Below, one piece after another: positions 30,258-38,642 of a stretch of DNA of 64,000 nt. Source of the DNA: Burkholderiales bacterium (GTDB lineage Bacteria > Pseudomonadota > Gammaproteobacteria > Burkholderiales > SG8-39); assembly GCA_035651575.1 (NCBI GenBank), contig DASRFM010000034.1, positions 34,932 through 98,931 of the forward strand, written 5' to 3'. Position numbers and translations under genes: made by a program. Under the pieces are notes generated by a model that had not been told where the DNA came from, did no database searches, and saw only the letters and a list, made by a program, of their open reading frames with translations. Position 1 is the first letter of the stretch. Every line of letters starts with the position of its first letter.

Positions 30258-30790
30258 TCAAGAACCTCGATGGTCCTTTGGTGATTCGTGTAGATGCAAA
30301 GGTCGGCGGCGACCGCCAGCGACTTGTCGACGATCTCCTTCGGGGAAAGAGACGTGTTCTCCAGGAGCGCGCGCGCGGCGGACTGCGCATAAGGCCCGCC
30401 CGAGCCGATGGCGACGATGCCGTACTCGGGCTCGAGCACATCGCCCATGCCGGTGATGATGAGCGAATGCGTCGGGTCGGCGACCGCGAGCATCGCCTCG
30501 AGGCGGCGCAGGATGCGGTCGGTGCGCCAGTCCTTGGCGAGCTCGACCGCCGAGCGCATGAGGTTGCCCTGGTGCTTGTCGAGCTTCGCCTCGAAGCGCT
30601 CGAAGAGCGTGAACGCGTCGGCGGTGCCGCCGGCGAAGCCGGCGAGGATGCGGTCGTGGTGCAGGCGGCGCACCTTGCGCGCGCCGCCCTTCACGACGAC
30701 GTTGCCGAGCGTCACCTGCCCGTCGCCGCCAAGCGCCACGGCTGCGCCCCGCCGAACGGAAAGAATGGTCGTGCCGTGGAACGATTCCAT
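30254..30790 (-). CDS. hslV: ATP-dependent protease subunit HslV
   Basis: [15 protein letters not shown].. (catalytic Thr after a short propeptide, as in other beta-proteobacterial HslV). Overlaps the hslU start. Confidence 0.95.
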   Translation of the reverse strand: MESFHGTTILSVRRGAAVALGGDGQVTLGNVVVKGGARKVRRLHHDRILAGFAGGTADAFTLFERFEAKLDKHQGNLMRSAVELAKDWRTDRILRRLEAMLAVADPTHSLIITGMGDVLEPEYGIVAIGSGGPYAQSAARALLENTSLSPKEIVDKSLAVAADLCIYTNHQRTIEVLE

Positions 30791-30814
30791 GGGGAGGTTG
30801 CGAGACCGGTTCGC

Positions 30815-31579
30815 TCAAGAATGGGGGCGCGGCGGCCGGAATGCAAGAGCCGCGCAGAGGGCCGCGAGGACGATCGCGCAGACGATCACCGCGCCGGACG
30901 GCAGGTCGGTGGCGAGCGACGCGAGCAGGCCGACGGCGTAGCCGATGACGCCAACGGCGTAGGCCTTGAGGAGCCGCCGGCTGCGCGAGTAATAGGTCCC
31001 CAGCGCCGGCACTACGAGCGTGGTGAAGACGAGGAACAGCCCGACGAGCTGCACGGAAACAGTCACCGCGCAGGCGAATAGCGCATAGAAGCCGATGCGC
31101 CCGAGCTTCTCCCCCATCCCGAACCACAGCGCAAGGATGGCCGCGTAGAGCGCCGCTTCGTGCGGCAGGTTCTTTGGATTCACCCACAGGATCTGCCCCG
31201 AGAGCAGATCCTTGAGGTTCTCGCTGCCGTGGGGGTTTTTCGCAAGAACCAGGATTGCGGCGCTCGATGCGACGACGAACACGACGCCGATGATCGCTTC
31301 CTGGACTTGCGGCCAGCGCCGCTCGGTCCAGGTGAGGAACGCTGCCGCGAGAAGCGCCGCGCCGAGCGCCGCTATCTGCACCGCGTAGCCCGTCGGTGGC
31401 CAGCCGAGGTAGTCTGCAGTGATGACGCCGAGCGCGGCGATCTGCGCGATGGCAAGGTCGATGAAGACGATGCCCCGCTCGAGCACCTGCATGCCGAGCG
31501 GGACGTGCGTCGCGGTGACGAGCAGGCCCGCGATGAACGCGGGCCACAGGATGCCGAACTCGGCGGAACTGATGCTCAC
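30815..31579 (-). CDS. znuB: ABC-3 family metal transporter permease (ZnuB-like)
   Basis: ..LVTATHVPLGMQVLERGIVFIDLAIAQIAALG.., polytopic, 254 aa. GTG start overlaps the SBP stop (GTGA). Confidence 0.85.
   Translation of the reverse strand: MSISSAEFGILWPAFIAGLLVTATHVPLGMQVLERGIVFIDLAIAQIAALGVITADYLGWPPTGYAVQIAALGAALLAAAFLTWTERRWPQVQEAIIGVVFVVASSAAILVLAKNPHGSENLKDLLSGQILWVNPKNLPHEAALYAAILALWFGMGEKLGRIGFYALFACAVTVSVQLVGLFLVFTTLVVPALGTYYSRSRRLLKAYAVGVIGYAVGLLASLATDLPSGAVIVCAIVLAALCAALAFRPPRPHS
30819..30847 (-). promoter_or_regulatory. Sigma32-type promoter of hslVU, inside the 3' end of the znuB-like gene
   Basis: Minus strand reads CTTGCAT-N13-CCCCCATTC. The -10 element ends about 28 nt upstream of the hslV ATG. 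Confidence 0.45.
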
Positions 31580-32469
31580 TTCACCGTCTTCAGCAAACGA
31601 TCGATCGTGTCGTCGAACAGCCCGAAGAGATCCTTCGCGCGATCGGTGCCGCCGACCGTGAAGGGCAGCATCACGCTGGGGATCTTGGTCTTGTCGGACA
31701 GAAACTGCGCCGCGCCGGGATTGTTGTAGGGCGAGTACACGATGACTTTAGCAGGAGTGCGCATCATCTGGTCCACGAGCTCGGCAAGATGGCTCGGCGT
31801 CGGCGGCAGGCCAGGCCTCGGCTCGAGGCTTCCGGCTTCCCGCATGCCCGCCCAGTTCTCGAAGTAGCTGAAGTCCTTGTGATAGACGACGACCGGCACC
31901 CCGCGCAACGCCGCCGCCTGCTCGCGCCAACGGTCAATCGCCGCGTCCCAGCGCTTCACGAAATCGGCTGTGCGCCCCGCATAGTACGCGGCGTTGGCAT
32001 GATCGATTTCCGTGAGGCGCGCCGACAGGACGTCCGCCACTTTGCGGATATTCCGGGGATCGAGATGGATGTGCGGGTTGCCCGCCGGGTGCACGTCCCC
32101 GAGCGCGCGATCGATCACCTTGGGAATCTCGAGCTTCACGACGTATTGCGAAGCCTCGAGATACCCCGGGCGCCCCGGTTGCACGCGGTCGTTGCCCGAC
32201 TGCGTGAGGAGCAACGGCAGCCAGCCGATCTCCAGCTCGGAGCCGGAGCAGACCAGGAGATCGGCGTTGCGGATGCGCGCGATGAGGCTCGGACGCGCCT
32301 CGATGTGGTGCGGATCCTGGCGCGCCGTCGTGGCGGAGACCGTGGTCACCTTGTCTCCGCCCAATTCCTGCGCGAGCGCAGCCCACTCGGGCTCGCAAGC
32401 GAAGACGTTGACGGTTGCCTGCGCCGCCAGCGGCGCCGCGAGTGCGAGCACGAGAAAAAGGAATTTCAT
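31576..32469 (-). CDS. znuA: Cluster-9 (ZnuA/TroA-like) metal ABC substrate-binding protein
   Basis: In-frame ATG 32469 (MKFLFLVLALAAPLAAQA). Metal-ligand contexts ..RQDPHHIEARPS.. and ..HPAGNPHIHLDP.. Confidence 0.85.
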   Translation of the reverse strand: MKFLFLVLALAAPLAAQATVNVFACEPEWAALAQELGGDKVTTVSATTARQDPHHIEARPSLIARIRNADLLVCSGSELEIGWLPLLLTQSGNDRVQPGRPGYLEASQYVVKLEIPKVIDRALGDVHPAGNPHIHLDPRNIRKVADVLSARLTEIDHANAAYYAGRTADFVKRWDAAIDRWREQAAALRGVPVVVYHKDFSYFENWAGMREAGSLEPRPGLPPTPSHLAELVDQMMRTPAKVIVYSPYNNPGAAQFLSDKTKIPSVMLPFTVGGTDRAKDLFGLFDDTIDRLLKTVK

Positions 32470-32476
32470 GGCGTCC

Positions 32477-33871
32477 TCAGAACGTGTGCGCACCGTGGGC
32501 CCCGAGGCTCACGATGTATTGGAGGAAGATCTGGTTGTCAGCAAGGCCCATGCGCGAGTAGTCGCGAGCGAACTGCAGGCGCACGCGGCTGAACTCGCTC
32601 GGGCTCCAGTCGACCATGAGCGTGTGGCGCTTCGGGTTGTAGGCGCCGAGGATGGGGAAGTCGGCGGCGGTCAAAGCACCGGAATCGACGAGCCCGAGGG
32701 TGGTGGTGCCCGAGTTCAGCGTGTCGTAGCGGTAGCCCGCGCGCCACATCGGCATGAACTGGTACACGCCCTGCGCGTACCAGCCGGACTGCCGCGACGA
32801 ATAACCGCCCGCCATCGTGCCGAGCGAGGCCGCGGTAGTGTCGTAGGTGAGCGTTCCGTTCTCGCGGCGGCGGAAGTACTCGCCCTGCAGCTTGAAATTG
32901 TTGTACGTGTTGTTGCCCTCGGGCGCCCACTTCAGGATGCCGCTCAGTGCCCAGGTCCTGCTCGAGCCGCTGAAGCTGTCGGTGACGCTCGCACCGGTGG
33001 AGTCGAGATCGGTATAGGCGCGGTCCCGGGGCGAAGTGGCGTAGAGGGACAGGCCGCCCTGCCACGCGAAGCTCTCCCCGATGTCGCCGCCGAGATGCGT
33101 GAACAGGTTGCTCGAGCCGAAGCCGTTCTTGTTCCGGTCGCTCGCCGGGAAGGCGCGGCCGCGGCCGAGCTCGAGGCCGACATCGAAGTACAGGCTCGTC
33201 GGCGCGACCCACTTGAACTGGACCCCGTCCTCGTTCAGCTGCCCGCCGAGGAACGCCTTCATCACGAGCGGCGCGTCGGTGAAGTCCCAGGCGTGCGCAT
33301 GGATCGCGTTCTGGTAGCCGATGCTGGAGAAGAAGCGCCCCGCCTTGATCGTGAACCCGTTGGAGAGCCCGATGGTCTGGATGTAGCCCTCCTCGATGTC
33401 GATCGTGCTGTTGTCCGGGGAGATCGAGGCGATCAGGTTGCCGCGGAACATATGGTCGACGTTCGCCATGAAGCCGAGCTCCGACTCGCCGAGGCTCAGC
33501 CCGCGCCGGCCGGGGCTGACGTCCCCGAGGGTCGGTGCGAACCCGCTGATGTGGTACGTGTTCGGGTCGCGCTGCAGGTTCGAATAGACGCCGTTCAGAA
33601 TCGCGGAGATCCCCGGATTGAGGGCATTCTCGGTCTGCGGCCGGCTCGCGGCCTGCTGCGCCGCCTGCGTCGCGGTGCTCTCGGCCCGCGTTGCGCTCTC
33701 CTCCGCCTTGCTGGATCTGCTTTCCGTCTCCTGCAGCCTTTGCTCCAGCGCCTGCAGGCGCTGCTGCAGCTGCCTCAGTTCCTCACGCAGCTTCGATACG
33801 TCTGCGTCCTGCCCGTAGGCAGGCATTGCAGCCACGGCGAACGCCGCGGCACACCACACGATGCGATTCAT
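32477..33871 (-). CDS. Outer-membrane beta-barrel protein with N-terminal coiled coil (uncharacterised, metal-uptake context)
   Basis: ATG 33871 is preceded by GGAGAGGG. Signal peptide MNRIVWCAAAFAVAAMPAYG|Q. Heptad-like LREELRQLQQRLQALEQRLQETE. Alternating beta-strand-like sequence ending ..SLGAHGAHTF (C-terminal Phe). Confidence 0.65.
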   Translation of the reverse strand: MNRIVWCAAAFAVAAMPAYGQDADVSKLREELRQLQQRLQALEQRLQETESRSSKAEESATRAESTATQAAQQAASRPQTENALNPGISAILNGVYSNLQRDPNTYHISGFAPTLGDVSPGRRGLSLGESELGFMANVDHMFRGNLIASISPDNSTIDIEEGYIQTIGLSNGFTIKAGRFFSSIGYQNAIHAHAWDFTDAPLVMKAFLGGQLNEDGVQFKWVAPTSLYFDVGLELGRGRAFPASDRNKNGFGSSNLFTHLGGDIGESFAWQGGLSLYATSPRDRAYTDLDSTGASVTDSFSGSSRTWALSGILKWAPEGNNTYNNFKLQGEYFRRRENGTLTYDTTAASLGTMAGGYSSRQSGWYAQGVYQFMPMWRAGYRYDTLNSGTTTLGLVDSGALTAADFPILGAYNPKRHTLMVDWSPSEFSRVRLQFARDYSRMGLADNQIFLQYIVSLGAHGAHTF

Positions 33872-33928
33872 GCCCTCTCCCAATCAACAGTTGGCTTGGA
33901 CGCCGGCAAGCCGGCACTCACCACCGGC

Positions 33929-34258
33929 CTAGGCGACGATGGGCGGGTCTCTGGAGGAGGGGTGCGGCGCCGGAATGCCGGCAAGGGATACTGCAAAGCT
34001 CGAAAAGCGACGCGCGGCCTGAAGAAAGGCAGGCGCAGCTGCCAGCGTGCTGCTCAGCGCACCCAGGACCGTATCGAACGCTTCATGGAATGCGCAAAGG
34101 CGTTGCTGAGCGCCAAGAGCGGCGGCCTGCAACTCCGTTGTCCCGGCCTGCGAGGCATTGCTCATGTGCCACACGCCATGAGACAAGCCGGCCTGCTGCG
34201 CGAGCAGCAGCGCCATCACGAGCAACACCCGACAGAGCCGGACGCTCATGTTTTTCAT
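33929..34258 (-). CDS. Small exported His/Cys protein (DUF2946-like), first gene of the OMP-SBP-permease unit
   Basis: MKNMSVRLCRVLLVMALLLAQQAGLSHGVWH..QRLCAFHEAF..PAPHPSSRDPP. Visibly more A/T-ending codons than neighbouring genes. Similar layout to 34725..35060. Confidence 0.5.
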   Translation of the reverse strand: MKNMSVRLCRVLLVMALLLAQQAGLSHGVWHMSNASQAGTTELQAAALGAQQRLCAFHEAFDTVLGALSSTLAAAPAFLQAARRFSSFAVSLAGIPAPHPSSRDPPIVA

Positions 34259-34283
34259 TCTGCGCGCCTACTGTCGCATACAA

Positions 34284-34298
34284 TGCAACCAAGTTGCA
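34284..34298. promoter_or_regulatory. Perfect palindrome TGCAAC-caa-GTTGCA in the divergent zur promoter region (candidate operator)
   Basis: Read directly from the sequence. It overlaps the zur TTG start (34294) and sits 26 nt from the start of the divergent small gene. Confidence 0.4.
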
Positions 34299-34728
34299 AA
34301 CACCCTTTCAAAGCCAGGCGCAAGCGCGGCTGCGGTCCATCGGCGCGCGCCTGACCGGTCCCCGGCTGAAGGTGCTTGCCGCGCTGCTCAAGAGCGGGCG
34401 GGCGCTGACGCACCAGGAAATCCTCGCGCGGCTCGGCGCTCTGGACCGGGTCACCGTCTATCGCGTGCTGGAGTGGCTGGAGAAGCACGAATTCGTCCAC
34501 AAGCTTGCCGATGACGACCGGGTCTGGCGCTTCGTAGCGGGACATGATGCGGAAAAGGAGCACGCGCACTTCAAGTGCGACCGCTGCGGCACGCTGAGCT
34601 GCCTTAAGGATTCCACGCCGCGTAACAAGCTGAAGCTTCCGCCTGGATACCGTCCGAGCAGGGTCGACGTGACCGTGCGGGGCGTGTGCGCTCGCTGCGC
34701 CCGACGCGCCCCGCCGGGGCGTGATTGA
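34294..34728 (+). CDS. zur: Fur-family regulator, Zur by context
   Basis: TTG 34294 in ORF 33691..34728. ..LTGPRLKVLAALLKSGRALTHQEILARLGALDRVTVYRVLEWLEKHEFVHK..HAHFKCDRCG..VRGVCARC. Confidence 0.85.
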   Translation: MQTPFQSQAQARLRSIGARLTGPRLKVLAALLKSGRALTHQEILARLGALDRVTVYRVLEWLEKHEFVHKLADDDRVWRFVAGHDAEKEHAHFKCDRCGTLSCLKDSTPRNKLKLPPGYRPSRVDVTVRGVCARCARRAPPGRD

Positions 34729-35060
34729 CTGGTGCCGCGGATGGTTCGATGATGACCCTCGTCATGCGCAGTGAATCCCGTCGCCTCCGGTCGTTGCGAC
34801 GCTGGGCCTTCGGCCTGGCGGTGCTCTGTTTCATCGCGTTGTGGGGGCTGTCCTCGACCCATCTTCACGTCAAGGATGCCGGTGAGCGGGAGTGCGGCTT
34901 CTGCTCCGCGGTCGCGCATAATCCGCCCGCCGACACCGCAGCGCCTCTGCCCGCGCTCTCGCCGATCGGAGCCCTCGGCGAGCCGGCCTTCCGGCTTTTC
35001 GCGGAAACTCACCGCGCGAGCATCTTCACGCCTTTCTCTCGCGCGCCGCCGCGCGCGTAG
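34725..35060 (+). CDS. Small His/Cys membrane or exported protein (DUF2946-like)
   Basis: TTG 34725 overlaps the zur stop (TTGA). ..RRWAFGLAVLCFIALWGLSSTHLHVKDAGERECGFCSAVAH..FSRAPP. Confidence 0.5.
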   Translation: MTGAADGSMMTLVMRSESRRLRSLRRWAFGLAVLCFIALWGLSSTHLHVKDAGERECGFCSAVAHNPPADTAAPLPALSPIGALGEPAFRLFAETHRASIFTPFSRAPPRA

Positions 35061-35134
35061 CGCTCGCCCAGCAGCGCATTGGCGCACCTGCCTGATGGTG
35101 CGCTCACCTCAAACCATAATCGAGGAGCTCGCCG

Positions 35135-35665
35135 ATGAGGCGTTCCCTCCACGCTTGGCCGTGGCTCATGGTCGTTGCAGCGCTGTCCGGCGCCGCGCTC
35201 GCGCGCGAGCCCGGTCCGCACGTGCACGGCGCCGCGAAGCTCCAGGTCGCGCTCGAAAAGAATAGCGTCACGATCGACTTCGAAAGCCCGCTTCACAACC
35301 TGCTCGGGTTCGAGCATGCGCCCCGCACCGATGCGGAAAAAGCCGCGGTGGCGGCGCTCCGCGAGCGGCTGCAGAAGCCGCTCGCGCTGTTCGTCCCGAC
35401 GCCGGCGGCTGAATGCTCGGTCGCGACCGTGAAGCTCGATTCCCCCGTCTTCGGCACGAGCCCGGCCGGGGAAGGCGGGCATGCCGACCTGGATGCCGAG
35501 TTCGTCTACACCTGCCGTCAACCCGAGCATCTGCAGGACCTGCGGGTCACGATCTTCACGATCTTTCCCGGTACGCGAACGATCGATGCGCAGGTCGCCG
35601 GTCCTAGGGGACAGGCCGCGGCACGTCTCAGCGCCGCGCAGCCGCGGCTCGCATGGCAGCCGTGA
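35135..35665 (+). CDS. DUF2796 periplasmic metal-binding protein (ZrgA-like)
   Basis: Signal peptide, then ..PHVHGAAKLQVALEKNSVTIDFESPLHNLLGFEHAPRTDAEK..GGHADLDAEFVYTC.. Confidence 0.8.
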   Translation: MRRSLHAWPWLMVVAALSGAALAREPGPHVHGAAKLQVALEKNSVTIDFESPLHNLLGFEHAPRTDAEKAAVAALRERLQKPLALFVPTPAAECSVATVKLDSPVFGTSPAGEGGHADLDAEFVYTCRQPEHLQDLRVTIFTIFPGTRTIDAQVAGPRGQAAARLSAAQPRLAWQP

Positions 35666-36351
35666 CGGCACCCATCGCAGAGCTCGACAAGGTCGTGTTC
35701 CGCTGGTCGGCGCGCGATGCCGCGTGCCTCGATATCGAGCGCTTCGCCCTTTCCCCGGGAGAGCGCGTGTTCCTTCATGGCCCGAGCGGCAGCGGAAAGA
35801 GCACGCTGCTCGGCCTGCTCGGCGGCGTGCTCGTGCAGGAGCGCGGCAGTGTGCGCGTTCTGGGCCAGAGCCTCGAGAAGCTCGGCGCGGCGTCGCGGGA
35901 CCGCTTTCGCGCCGACCACGTCGGCTTCATCTTCCAGCAGTTCAACCTCATTCCTTACCTCTCCGCGATCGAGAACGTGATGCTGCCGTGCCGCTTCTCG
36001 GCACGGCGCGCACGCCTTTCCGCAGACGCGGCGCGGCTCATGTCCCGGCTGGATCTCGATCCTTCCCTTCACCATCGGCTGGCCATGCAGCTGAGCGTCG
36101 GGCAGCAGCAGCGCGTTGCGGCCGCGCGCGCCCTCATCGGGCGGCCGGAGCTCGTGATCGCCGATGAGCCGACGTCCTCGCTCGACGCGGAGCGCCAGCG
36201 GATCTTCCTCGACCTGCTGCTGCACCAATGCGCAGAGGCTGACGCAACGCTGCTCTTCGTCAGCCACGACCACCGCCTCGCCGGCGCGTTCGATCGCGAG
36301 GTGGCTCTCGCTTCGATCAACCGCGCGTACGAGAGGCGTGAGGCGGCATGA
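35653..36351 (+). CDS. ABC ATPase (MacB/LolD-type; ZrgB-like)
   Basis: Walker A GPSGSGKST, signature LSVGQQQR, Walker B LVIADEPTSSLD. Confidence 0.9.
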   Translation: MAAVTAPIAELDKVVFRWSARDAACLDIERFALSPGERVFLHGPSGSGKSTLLGLLGGVLVQERGSVRVLGQSLEKLGAASRDRFRADHVGFIFQQFNLIPYLSAIENVMLPCRFSARRARLSADAARLMSRLDLDPSLHHRLAMQLSVGQQQRVAAARALIGRPELVIADEPTSSLDAERQRIFLDLLLHQCAEADATLLFVSHDHRLAGAFDREVALASINRAYERREAA

Positions 36352-37610
36352 GCCACTGGCTCCTGCTTGCCGCGAAGAGCGCCTGGAACCGGCGGCTGAC
36401 GCTCGGCTTGACCGTTCTCGCAGTCGCGCTGAGCGTGGTCCTGCTGCTAGGGGTCGAGCGGGTGCGCAGCGATGCGCGCGAGGGCTTCACCCAGTCGGTT
36501 TCGGGCACCGATCTCATCGTGGGCGCGCGCACGAGCGCGGTGCAGCTCATGCTGTACACGGTCTTTCGCATAGGCGAGGCGACCAACAACATGCGGTGGG
36601 ACGCGTACCAGGAGCTGGCGCGCCACCCGCTGATCGCGTGGACGATTCCGCTGTCCCTCGGAGACTCGCACCGCGGCTTTCCGGTGCTCGGCACGACACC
36701 GGGCTACTTCGAGCACTTTCGCTACGGCGATTCCCGGCCCCTTGCCTTTGCGGCCGGCAAGCCATTCGCGGAGCTCTTCGATGCGGTGCTTGGCGCGCAG
36801 GTGGCTGAAGCGCTCGGCTACCGCATGGGCGACAGGATCGTGCTGAGCCATGGCATCGGCGGCATCGGGTTGCCCGAGCATGCCGACAAGCCGTTCGTGG
36901 TGAGCGGCATCCTGCAGCGCACGGGGACGCCCGTCGACCGCACGGTGCATGTGAGCCTCGCCGCGATCCAGGCGATCCACCTCGACTGGCAGGGCGGCGC
37001 GCCGGTTCCGGGATTCTCGATCCCCGCCCAGTACGTGCGCAAATTCGACCTCACCCCGAAGGAGATCACCGCCGCGCTGATCGGATTGCACAGCCGCGCG
37101 GCGGTCTTCAAGATGCAGCGCTACATCGACGACTACAAGGGCGAACCGCTAATGGCGGTCCTCCCGGGCGTCGCGCTCGACGAGCTCTGGCGCGTCGTCG
37201 GCGTCGCGGAAAACACGCTCCTCGCGGTCTCGGGGATGGTGGTCCTCGTCGGGCTCACCGGGCTTGTCGCGGTCGTGCTCGCAGGCCTCAACGAGCGTCG
37301 GCGGGAGATCGCCGTTCTTCGCGCCGTCGGCGCGAGCCCCCGCGGCATCTTCCTGCTGCTCACGACCGAAGGGCTCCTGGTCACCGCGCTCGGCTGCGTT
37401 CTCGGCATCCTCCTCCTGCTCGCGCTCACCGTAGCGGCCGCTCCGCTCGCCCAGTCGCGCTACGGCGTGGCGCTGCATCCGCGCGTTATTTCGCTGGCTG
37501 AATTGCGCCTGCTCGCGCTGGTCATCGCGGTCGGCGTGCTCGCGAGTCTCATTCCCGGGTATCGTGCGTACCGCTTGTCGCTCGCCGACGGTCTTGCTCC
37601 ACGCCTCTAA
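36348..37610 (+). CDS. FtsX/MacB-type ABC permease (ZrgC-like)
   Basis: N-terminal TM, large periplasmic loop, C-terminal 3-TM bundle ..REIAVLRAVGASPRGIFLLL... ATGA overlap with the ATPase. Confidence 0.88.
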   Translation: MSHWLLLAAKSAWNRRLTLGLTVLAVALSVVLLLGVERVRSDAREGFTQSVSGTDLIVGARTSAVQLMLYTVFRIGEATNNMRWDAYQELARHPLIAWTIPLSLGDSHRGFPVLGTTPGYFEHFRYGDSRPLAFAAGKPFAELFDAVLGAQVAEALGYRMGDRIVLSHGIGGIGLPEHADKPFVVSGILQRTGTPVDRTVHVSLAAIQAIHLDWQGGAPVPGFSIPAQYVRKFDLTPKEITAALIGLHSRAAVFKMQRYIDDYKGEPLMAVLPGVALDELWRVVGVAENTLLAVSGMVVLVGLTGLVAVVLAGLNERRREIAVLRAVGASPRGIFLLLTTEGLLVTALGCVLGILLLLALTVAAAPLAQSRYGVALHPRVISLAELRLLALVIAVGVLASLIPGYRAYRLSLADGLAPRL

Positions 37611-37618
37611 GGATTGTC

Positions 37619-38230
37619 ATGCCACGCCTCGCCTTTCTTCTGCCCCTCGCGCTCAGCGCTCTCCTGGGCACCGCCTCCGCCACCGACGAGTACAGGGTCG
37701 GCGATCGCCTGCCGCAAGCGAAAGCGAAGCCGGACGCGAAGTCCTCCTACCAGACGATCCGCTGGGAAGCGCTGGTCCCCGAGGGCTGGGATCCCGCGAG
37801 AGACCTGCGCGGCATCAATCTCGCCATGCTGAACGACGGCGACCGGCGCGCGACGGAGGCGCTGGAGAAAATGAAGAAGGCCTGGGACGAGGCGCCCGTC
37901 GAGCCGGCGTGGAACGGCCAGCGCGTGCGGCTTCCGGGCTTCGTGGTGCCGCTCGAGAGGGTCAAGGAGGACGTGACGGAATTCCTTCTGGTGCCCTACT
38001 TCGGCGCCTGCATCCACGTCCCCCCGCCCCCGGCGAACCAGATCATCCACGTCTTCCCGGCCAAGCCGGTGAAGAACCTGCGGACGATGGATGCAGTGTG
38101 GGTCATCGGCGTGCTCGATACCACGCGAAGCGAGGCGCTGAAAGGCGGCAACGAGGCGATGGGCATGGCGGTCGCCGGATACCGCATGACGGCCGAGCAG
38201 ATCTCGCCTTACAAAGGCCCCGCGCGATGA
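37619..38230 (+). CDS. DUF3299 periplasmic protein (ZrgD-like)
   Basis: ..FLLVPYFGACIHVPPPPANQIIHV.., the hallmark DUF3299 segment. Has a signal peptide. Confidence 0.85.
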   Translation: MPRLAFLLPLALSALLGTASATDEYRVGDRLPQAKAKPDAKSSYQTIRWEALVPEGWDPARDLRGINLAMLNDGDRRATEALEKMKKAWDEAPVEPAWNGQRVRLPGFVVPLERVKEDVTEFLLVPYFGACIHVPPPPANQIIHVFPAKPVKNLRTMDAVWVIGVLDTTRSEALKGGNEAMGMAVAGYRMTAEQISPYKGPAR

Positions 38231-38604
38231 GGCTCGCCTGCGCGCTCGCCGTCCTGGCGGTCGCAACAGGCAGCGCGCGGGCCGCAGGCGTCGATTGCAT
38301 GGGCGCCGAGGAGCGCCGGTGGGTGATGCAGGCCCTCGACAAGTACGCGTTGGAGTACGACGTCACGAAGCATGCGCAGGCGCTGATCGCGCTGAATAGC
38401 GCGACCCTCGATCTGGAGGACCGGTTGAAGGCATGCCGCGACTCCGGTACCGCCTCGGCCGGAGGATGCGGCAGCATCGCGCGGGAACTGGAAGCCAGCA
38501 AGGCGCAACGCGAGCGTGCTGCAGACAGCCTGCGCACCGCCCTTCAGATGCAGCCTTACCTGAGCACGCTGCAGATCCGGCTCGAGCGCCCAAGCTGCCA
38601 GTAG
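38227..38604 (+). CDS. Small secreted 4-Cys protein (ZrgE position)
   Basis: ATGA overlap with the DUF3299 gene. MRLACALAVLAVATGSARA|AGVDCMG..LKACRDSG..GGCGS..ERPSCQ. Confidence 0.5.
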   Translation: MRLACALAVLAVATGSARAAGVDCMGAEERRWVMQALDKYALEYDVTKHAQALIALNSATLDLEDRLKACRDSGTASAGGCGSIARELEASKAQRERAADSLRTALQMQPYLSTLQIRLERPSCQ

Positions 38605-38642
38605 GGTCGGCGCCGCCAAGCGTATAAGATGCGCCCGCGCCG

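Noticed and set aside
33884-33928. GCCGGC-aa-GCCGGC and CAAC-a-GTTG elements upstream of the OMP gene
   Set aside because: Very short. GCCGGC is self-complementary and common in this GC-rich DNA. The CAAC/GTTG element has different spacing from the zur palindrome. It is mentioned only as a weak relative in the findings.
32012-34354. 780-aa ORF on the + strand
   Set aside because: Antisense to the ZnuA-like SBP, the OMP and the small His/Cys gene. No recognisable domain, Arg/Ala-rich.
35082-35103. Hairpin GCGCACC-N8-GGTGCGC between the small His/Cys gene and zrgA, considered as a terminator or Zur box
   Set aside because: No U-tract follows it, and it is GC-rich, unlike Fur-family boxes. It may still be regulatory, but I cannot support a call.
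38605-38642. Imperfect palindrome GCGTATAAGATGCGC upstream of the ZIP gene as a Zur box
   Set aside because: Only about 10 of 15 positions are symmetric, and it does not resemble the zur-proximal palindrome or classical Zur boxes.
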